Assembly: GCA_947074295.1 (NCBI GenBank)
Contig: CAMTPC010000004.1
Span: 3 to 64,002 of the forward strand
Length of the DNA: 64,000 nucleotides
From: an uncultured Bacteroides sp.
GTDB lineage: Bacteria > Bacteroidota > Bacteroidia > Bacteroidales > Bacteroidaceae
Direction: 5' to 3'
Shown piece after piece: positions 57,894 through 64,000 of the stretch. The position numbers and the translations under genes were made by a program. The notes below the pieces were generated by a model. The model saw only the letters and a list, made by a program, of their open reading frames with translations, was not told the origin of the DNA and ran no database searches. Numbering within the stretch: position 1 is the stretch's first letter; every line of letters begins with the position of its first letter.

Positions 57894-58832
57894 ATGGAAA
57901 ATAGAAGCTTAGTCACTATTGCCGACCACTCGAAAGAGAAGATCCTTTATCTACTTGAAATGGCCAAGCAGTTCGAGCTAAAACCCAATCGAAGATTACT
58001 TGACGGACGCATCGTAGCCACCCTGTTTTTTGAGCCATCTACCCGCACACGTCTTAGTTTTGAAACCGCAGCCAATCGCCTTGGTGCCCGTGTCATAGGT
58101 TTCAGTGACCCAAAGGCCACTAGCTCTTCGAAGGGAGAAACACTGAAAGACACTATAAAAATGGTGAGCAACTATGCTGATATCATTGTGATGCGTCATT
58201 ATCTTGAAGGCGCAGCCCGTTATGCCAGCGAAGTATCAGATGCCCCTATTGTCAATGCAGGCGATGGTGCCAACCAGCATCCATCGCAAACCATGCTCGA
58301 CCTCTACTCTATCTACAAGACGCAAGGAACACTGGAGAACCTGAATATCTGTTTAGTGGGAGATTTGAAATATGGACGTACGGTTCATTCACTATTAATG
58401 GCTATGCGTCATTTCAATCCGACTTTCTTCTTTATTGCACCCGAGGAATTGAAAATGCCCGAAGAATACAAGCTTTATTGTAAGAAGCATGGAATAAAAT
58501 ACTTCGAATCAACAGAATTTAGCGAAGAACTCATCAACAAAGCCGACATCCTTTACATGACACGCGTTCAGCGCGAACGCTTCACCGACCTGATGGAATA
58601 TGAACGTGTCAAGAATGTATATATCCTACGCGCTAAGATGTTGGAAAATACTAAACCCAACTTACGCATCTTGCACCCTCTACCCCGTGTCAACGAAATA
58701 GCTTATGATGTGGATGATACGCCTCAAGCTTATTACTTCCAGCAAGCCAAGAATGGTCTTTATGCACGCGAAGCTATTCTGTGTGATGTTTTAGGTATAA
58801 CACTCCAAGATATTATTGAAGACAATGAATGA
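57894..58832 (+). CDS. pyrB: Aspartate carbamoyltransferase catalytic subunit
   Basis: [48 protein letters not shown]. Confidence 0.97.
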   Translation: MENRSLVTIADHSKEKILYLLEMAKQFELKPNRRLLDGRIVATLFFEPSTRTRLSFETAANRLGARVIGFSDPKATSSSKGETLKDTIKMVSNYADIIVMRHYLEGAARYASEVSDAPIVNAGDGANQHPSQTMLDLYSIYKTQGTLENLNICLVGDLKYGRTVHSLLMAMRHFNPTFFFIAPEELKMPEEYKLYCKKHGIKYFESTEFSEELINKADILYMTRVQRERFTDLMEYERVKNVYILRAKMLENTKPNLRILHPLPRVNEIAYDVDDTPQAYYFQQAKNGLYAREAILCDVLGITLQDIIEDNE

Positions 58833-59286
58833 CAATAAACAAGCTCTACAGGTAGCCGCTCTATGCAACGGCACTGTAATAGACCACATCCCCAGCGAAA
58901 AACTTTTCACCATCGTACGACTACTGGGTTTGGAATACATGCCCAATAATATCACTATCGGATTCAACTTGGAAAGCCAAAAGCTTCACAAAAAAGGCAT
59001 CATCAAGATAGCAGATAAATACTTCAGTGATGAAGAGTTAAATCGTATTGCCGTAGTCGCACCAAACGTATTACTCAATATCATCAAAGACTATGAGGTA
59101 ATTGAGAAACGCGAAGTTGAATTGCCAGACGAATTGATCAATGTCGTGAAATGTGCCAATCCAAACTGCATCAGCAACAACGAACCAATGAACTCCATTC
59201 TACGTGTCATTGATAAGAAGCTTTGCATTGCCAAATGCCATTATTGCGAGAAGGAGCAACGTAAAGAAGAGTTTGTTATTATTTAA
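58825..59286 (+). CDS. pyrI: Aspartate carbamoyltransferase regulatory subunit
   Basis: [16 protein letters not shown], Zn site C.NPNCI..CHYC. Confidence 0.95.
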   Translation: MNDNKQALQVAALCNGTVIDHIPSEKLFTIVRLLGLEYMPNNITIGFNLESQKLHKKGIIKIADKYFSDEELNRIAVVAPNVLLNIIKDYEVIEKREVELPDELINVVKCANPNCISNNEPMNSILRVIDKKLCIAKCHYCEKEQRKEEFVII

Positions 59287-59316
59287 ATATAAACGCTCAT
59301 CATCCCCTTTAACGAG

Positions 59317-59892
59317 ATGAAACAAGATTGGAAACCCGGAACTATGATCTATCCGCTACCTGCCGTTTTGGTGAGTTGCGGTAGTGTTCCTGAAGATTAT
59401 AATATTATCACCATAGCGTGGACTGGTACTCTTTGTACCAATCCACCTATGTGCTATATCGCTGTGCGCCCTGAACGCCATTCGTACGACATTATCAAAA
59501 AGAACATGGAGTTTGTCATCAATCTCACCACAGTTGATATGGGTTATGCCACAGATTGGTGTGGTGTTCGCTCTGGCAAAAATTATAATAAGTTTGAAGA
59601 GATGAAGCTGACACCTGGCAAATGTACTGTTGTCAGAGCCCCACTCATCGAAGAATCACCTCTGTGCATTGAGTGTCGTGTTAAAGAAATACAAGCTTTG
59701 GGCTCTCATCATATATTTATTGCCGATGTAGTAAATGTCAGAGCAGATGACAAACACTTGAATCCCGATACCGGTAAACTTGAGTTGGCACAAACCAACC
59801 CTTTGGTGTATCTTCATGGGGGCTATTATGGCCTAGGCGAAAAGGTAGGCAAATTCGGATGGTCGGTTGAGAAAAAGAAAAGAAATAAATAA
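59317..59892 (+). CDS. Flavin reductase-like (flavoredoxin) protein
   Basis: YP.P.VLV, N..T.AW, RP.R.S, EFVIN, CG..SG...K, P..ECRV, GSH..FIA. Confidence 0.88.
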   Translation: MKQDWKPGTMIYPLPAVLVSCGSVPEDYNIITIAWTGTLCTNPPMCYIAVRPERHSYDIIKKNMEFVINLTTVDMGYATDWCGVRSGKNYNKFEEMKLTPGKCTVVRAPLIEESPLCIECRVKEIQALGSHHIFIADVVNVRADDKHLNPDTGKLELAQTNPLVYLHGGYYGLGEKVGKFGWSVEKKKRNK

Positions 59893-59910
59893 CATAATCC
59901 CTTTGTTTTG

Positions 59911-60654
59911 ATGATGCACAGAAAAATCATTCCTTTTTTGATGGCGCTATTGATAGCAACCTCTGTCTATGCCCGTGAAGACAAGAATGAAATTGCCTCA
60001 TCCCTCACGCCCAACTGGCGGAGCTTCAATATAGGCGTCAAGGCGGGTTTTAATTCATCGATGTTCGTTGTTTCGCGCTTCAAAATACAAGATGTGACGA
60101 TACACGATTTTCAAAACAATTATCAGTTGGGTTATTTTGGAAGTGTTTTCATGCGCTTTAATTGGCGTCGTCATTTTCTTCAACCCGAGGCTTCTTATAA
60201 TATCAGTAAAAGCGAAATTAGCTTTGATAAACTAGGAACTCAGCACCCAGATATTGAGCCCGATTATGCCGCTCTCCGCTCCACCATCCACAGTTTTGAT
60301 ATTCCACTTCTTTACGGTTATCATATAGTGAAGCAGGGCCCTTATGGCATGGCTCTTTTTGGAGGTCCTAAAATTCGATATATCTGGAGTAAAAGAAATC
60401 GCATTACCTTTGAAAATTTTGATCTGAATAATATCCAAGAGGAGCTATATCCATTGAATGTCAGTGTTACAATAGGTATAGCGGTAAACATATCACGCAT
60501 TTTCTTCGACTTCCGCTATGAACAGGATTTACGCAATATCTCGCGTCACGTCACCTATGAAAGTAGCAACACCGATGGAAGCACAGCCATAAGTCTCATC
60601 AAACTTCATCGCCGTGAGCAAACGCTAAGTTTCTCACTGGGCATGTTATTCTGA
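59911..60654 (+). CDS. Outer-membrane beta-barrel (porin/PorT-like family) protein
   Basis: Signal peptide, GVKAGFN, LQPE..Y, IP.L.G, GGP, D.RYE, terminal F; start approximate. Confidence 0.75.
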   Translation: MMHRKIIPFLMALLIATSVYAREDKNEIASSLTPNWRSFNIGVKAGFNSSMFVVSRFKIQDVTIHDFQNNYQLGYFGSVFMRFNWRRHFLQPEASYNISKSEISFDKLGTQHPDIEPDYAALRSTIHSFDIPLLYGYHIVKQGPYGMALFGGPKIRYIWSKRNRITFENFDLNNIQEELYPLNVSVTIGIAVNISRIFFDFRYEQDLRNISRHVTYESSNTDGSTAISLIKLHRREQTLSFSLGMLF

Positions 60655-60777
60655 TTTAAAATAGCCTTATCTACCACATTTAGCCAACTCTTTTTCGGCT
60701 ATTTTCATATATTTTTCATAGCTTTGTGCGCTTAATAATGAAGACTCTCGATTTTACAAACTTATTTATTTAAACAA

Positions 60778-62058
60778 ATGAAAAGAGACGATTTAATTTT
60801 CGAAATTATCGAAAAGGAGCATCAAAGACAGTTGAAAGGTATAGAACTTATTGCATCAGAAAACTTTGTTAGCGATGAAGTAATGCAAGCTATGGGTTCT
60901 TGTCTCACGAATAAGTATGCCGAAGGCTATCCAGGAAAGCGCTATTATGGTGGCTGCGAAGTGGTAGATCAAAGCGAACAGTTGGCCATCGATCGTCTAA
61001 AAACGATTTTCGGCGCAGAGTGGGCCAACGTACAACCTCACTCAGGTGCCCAAGCCAATGCAGCTGTATTTCTAGCTGTACTCGAGGCTGGAGATAAGTT
61101 CATGGGCCTTAACCTCGCCCATGGTGGTCATCTTTCTCATGGTTCATTGGTAAATACTTCTGGAATTCTATATACTCCTTGCGAATATAATGTAGACAAA
61201 GAAACTGGCCGTGTAGACTATGATCAGATGGAAGAGGTCGCTCTTCGCGAACGTCCAAAACTGATTGTAGGTGGTGGTTCAGCCTATTCACGTGAGTGGG
61301 ACTACAAACGCATGCGCGAAATCGCCGACAAGGTTGGTGCATTGCTCATGATTGACATGGCTCATCCTGCTGGCTTGATCGCTGCTGGCTTACTCGAAAA
61401 TCCTGTCAAATATGCTCATATCGTGACTTCTACTACCCACAAGACTCTCCGCGGTCCCCGTGGTGGTGTTATCATGATGGGCAAAGACTTCCCTAATCCA
61501 TGGGGTAAGACTACGCCAAAGGGTGAAACCAAGATGATGTCTCAACTTCTGGATTCTGCTGTATTCCCAGGTGTGCAAGGTGGTCCATTGGAGCACGTTA
61601 TCGCCGCTAAGGCTGTTGCTTTCCACGAATGCCTACAACCCGAATATAAGGCTTATCAAGAACAAGTACAGAAAAATGCTGCAGTATTGGCTCAAGCTCT
61701 TATTGATCGTGGTTTCACCATCGTTTCGGGTGGTACAGACAATCACTCTATGTTGGTTGACCTTCGCGCCAAATATCCAGAATTAACTGGTAAGGTAGCA
61801 GAAAAAGCATTGGTAGAAGCTGATATCACCGTCAACAAAAACATGGTACCATTTGATAGTCGTTCAGCTTTCCAAACATCTGGTATCCGCCTAGGTACAC
61901 CTGCCATCACAACTCGTGGTGCTAAGGAAGATTTAATGGTCGAGATCGCAGAAATGATTGAAACTGTTCTATCCAACTTTGATAAACCAGAAGTTATCGC
62001 AGCTGTTCGCGAACGCGTTAACAAAACCATGGAGAAATATCCTATTTTCGCTGACTAA
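60778..62058 (+). CDS. glyA: Serine hydroxymethyltransferase
   Basis: [52 protein letters not shown]. Confidence 0.98.
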   Translation: MKRDDLIFEIIEKEHQRQLKGIELIASENFVSDEVMQAMGSCLTNKYAEGYPGKRYYGGCEVVDQSEQLAIDRLKTIFGAEWANVQPHSGAQANAAVFLAVLEAGDKFMGLNLAHGGHLSHGSLVNTSGILYTPCEYNVDKETGRVDYDQMEEVALRERPKLIVGGGSAYSREWDYKRMREIADKVGALLMIDMAHPAGLIAAGLLENPVKYAHIVTSTTHKTLRGPRGGVIMMGKDFPNPWGKTTPKGETKMMSQLLDSAVFPGVQGGPLEHVIAAKAVAFHECLQPEYKAYQEQVQKNAAVLAQALIDRGFTIVSGGTDNHSMLVDLRAKYPELTGKVAEKALVEADITVNKNMVPFDSRSAFQTSGIRLGTPAITTRGAKEDLMVEIAEMIETVLSNFDKPEVIAAVRERVNKTMEKYPIFAD

Positions 62059-62106
62059 TTTCATGCATATGTTTCTGAATCTCAGGATTCAGATAAAATA
62101 AATCAT

Positions 62107-62145
62107 AAAAACCGCTCTTCTCTTTGAGGATAGAGCGGTTTTTTT
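62107..62145 (+). terminator. Intrinsic terminator after glyA
   Basis: AAAAACCGCTCT..AGAGCGGTTTTTTT. Confidence 0.85.
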
Positions 62146-62356
62146 GCTTCTTACATGAACCTTTGCATTTGTCCAAATGTTCTATAAGTAAAGAAAAATA
62201 GCTTTTCTGAAGTTAAGAAATAACCGGCCGGTATTATATATATACTCAAGAGGCTGTGTCTTATTCATAATGCTTTTAGCATAAGACACAACCTCTTTCT
62301 TATGAAATCTACCCTTACAAAGCGGGGGCAACGCTATAAACTCTGCAACAGTTAAG

Positions 62357-62635
62357 ATGAAGTACATTGTATCTTTTTCAGAAACCGAGAATGGATTCCA
62401 GCCATTATTGTCAGATGGGAAGTCACAAGTGGTCTACACAACCCAAGAAGAAGCCGTAAATAGATATCAAAAAGAACTGGCTGAATGCAAATTTGAAAAA
62501 TTAGCCATGCTCGATTTTGACCCAGTAGATGAAGAAGCAATTGGTAATGCTACCTTCCTTTCAGTGGTGGATTTCAGCGACCCCAAAAATCTTAAGCCAG
62601 TTGAAGTTTCAGATTACTTTTGGGTAAAAAAATAG
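62357..62635 (+). CDS. Small acidic hypothetical protein
   Basis: 92-aa ORF with ATG, protein-like composition, followed by a terminator; no family recognised. Confidence 0.6.
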   Translation: MKYIVSFSETENGFQPLLSDGKSQVVYTTQEEAVNRYQKELAECKFEKLAMLDFDPVDEEAIGNATFLSVVDFSDPKNLKPVEVSDYFWVKK

Positions 62636-62655
62636 GATTATACCCCATACTATAT

Positions 62656-62704
62656 AAAAAAGCGATATGTACAAAATATTTAGTATATATCGCTTTCTTT
62701 TTTT
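62656..62704. terminator. Bidirectional terminator
   Basis: AAAAAAGCGATATGTAC..GTATATATCGCTTTCTTTTTTT between convergent genes. Confidence 0.75.
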
Positions 62705-62715
62705 AAATCGAATAT

Positions 62716-63372
62716 TTATGGCTTTCGCTCATTTTTCTCCACTATATATATCACCACAGTGGCAAAGATATAAAAGACGAGGGCCGATATCGCTATTGAT
62801 TCAACGCCTGCAGGAGTCATTCCATCGCCTCTGAAAGAAGATCCAATAGTAGACACTACTATAAAACACCAGAACAGCCATGCTGCCCATCTCTTAAAAC
62901 CACCTACTGCAATAGAGTAGCAGATAGCACCGATTAGATAAATAGCCACTTCGACGGCTACTGCCCATACTGGATAATTCCAGAGTCCTAAACCAATCTT
63001 CATCGAATCCCCCCAAATAGGCAAATCGGGTCTATGCGATAGGAAATCGAGTATCCAATGCGAGAAGATGGCCGCGCCGAGCCACCACGCCACATCTCTG
63101 TGGCGTCTGAAGTAGGGAAATAGAAGTAAAATACCAACAATAACTAGACTGTAAAGCAAAGTCGAAACCATGCCATGCGAATAGGGCATATAAGAAAGAT
63201 CCAAAGGATTTGAAGTGAGGTCATTATTTATATTCGCTCGCTCTACGCCACCCAAAATCAGTGTTCCCCAGATAATATCAGGTACTTGTACAGCGATAAA
63301 AAGTGCCCATAGCGGTACTTTCTTATCAATAGCCTTTATTATAAAAGCCGGTCCGTAATGTCCAATCAGCAT
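62716..63372 (-). CDS. Membrane-bound metal-dependent hydrolase-like protein
   Basis: GH, PD, P.SH, SHW.LD...H.PD.P, GLGLW; multiple TMs. Confidence 0.75.
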   Translation of the reverse strand: MLIGHYGPAFIIKAIDKKVPLWALFIAVQVPDIIWGTLILGGVERANINNDLTSNPLDLSYMPYSHGMVSTLLYSLVIVGILLLFPYFRRHRDVAWWLGAAIFSHWILDFLSHRPDLPIWGDSMKIGLGLWNYPVWAVAVEVAIYLIGAICYSIAVGGFKRWAAWLFWCFIVVSTIGSSFRGDGMTPAGVESIAISALVFYIFATVVIYIVEKNERKP

Positions 63373-63385
63373 AATCTTTTTAGGG

Positions 63386-63432
63386 CAAAAATAAAGCGTG
63401 CAAAGCTATGAGACATGACACATTTGTGTCAT
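63386..63432 (-). promoter_or_regulatory. Hydrolase promoter: -7 box TATTTTTG plus palindrome ATGACACA-N2-TGTGTCAT (candidate Crp-family site)
   Basis: -7 box 63386-63393; perfect 8-bp inverted repeat 63415-63432. Confidence 0.65.
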
Positions 63433-63442
63433 TAAAAGAGTT

Positions 63443-64000
63443 TCACATTATTCGCTTTCGAATACGTGTCAACGTCTGCCGCTCCATGCCTAGATAGGAT
63501 GCTAGCTGAGAGATAGTAAGCCGCTTCATCAAATCAGGGTTCTCCTGCAGAAATCGCTTATACCTTTCTTCCCCGTTCTCGAAAATAAAGCTATCAATAC
63601 GCTGCTGCTTATGATAAAGCTCTTGTTCGATAACTAACCGTAAATAATGTTCCATAGCTGCAAACCGGGCACAACAGATGCGTATATGCTCTAGTGGAAT
63701 GTTGATCATCACTGTGGGCTCAATGCATTGAAAGGAATATTTGCTGGGTTCACTTCTCACTGTCGCTCCATAGTGAATCACATACCCACCTTCTTTAATA
63801 AAAGCCACATTAATCTCACTACCCTTCCTATCTATATAGTAGGCTCGCACCAGCCCACTTAGTACATATCCTGTTGATGTTTGGACATCACCTCTGTCAA
63901 TACAATGGGCATTACGTTTATATCGGCTTATACACAAAGCCGATACATAATGGTCAATGGCCTCATCGGTAATACTCGGACTGACTCTGAGAATAGACTC
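63443..64000 (-). CDS. Crp/Fnr family transcriptional regulator (5'-truncated by window edge)
   Basis: GLVRAYY..G.E.N..F..EG, ERY..F, LASYLGMERQTLTRIR; frame stays open to base 64000. Confidence 0.88.
   Translation of the reverse strand, partial: ESILRVSPSITDEAIDHYVSALCISRYKRNAHCIDRGDVQTSTGYVLSGLVRAYYIDRKGSEINVAFIKEGGYVIHYGATVRSEPSKYSFQCIEPTVMINIPLEHIRICCARFAAMEHYLRLVIEQELYHKQQRIDSFIFENGEERYKRFLQENPDLMKRLTISQLASYLGMERQTLTRIRKRIM

Overview
Low-GC chromosomal segment of a Bacteroidales bacterium, most likely Bacteroides (TAnnTTTG -7 promoter boxes, mostly SD-less AT-rich start regions, fkp, bioB-bioA fusion, kdgA-kdgK/LacI/uxaA, pyrBI-glyA). The first ~10.6 kb looks accessory. It holds a five-gene minus-strand oxalate operon, frc-oxc-yfdV(AEC transporter)-yfdE/uctC(CoA-transferase), ending in a divergent pyruvate:ferredoxin oxidoreductase-family gene. 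The operon looks mosaic: frc and oxc carry perfect AGGAGG Shine-Dalgarno sites, the YfdE GNxH specificity loop reads GNRD, and the PFOR YPITP motif reads YPISP. The rest is mostly core genome: K+ uptake, TrpB2, fkp, an orphan TonB receptor, a biotin operon whose BioAB has a 61-codon in-frame leader, MATE/Crp, a PhoBR-like two-component system, a queuosine operon with a variant preQ1-I riboswitch, porins, hexuronate catabolism, pyrBI and glyA. Non-coding elements seen: LacI operators, Crp-type palindromes at matched promoter positions, a pho-box-like repeat, a recurring ECF-type promoter, a 48-bp IS3-like relic and a degenerate 22-bp repeat family. No rRNA, tRNA, CRISPR array or intact transposase was seen. 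All family assignments come from motif recognition and recall; no searches were run.
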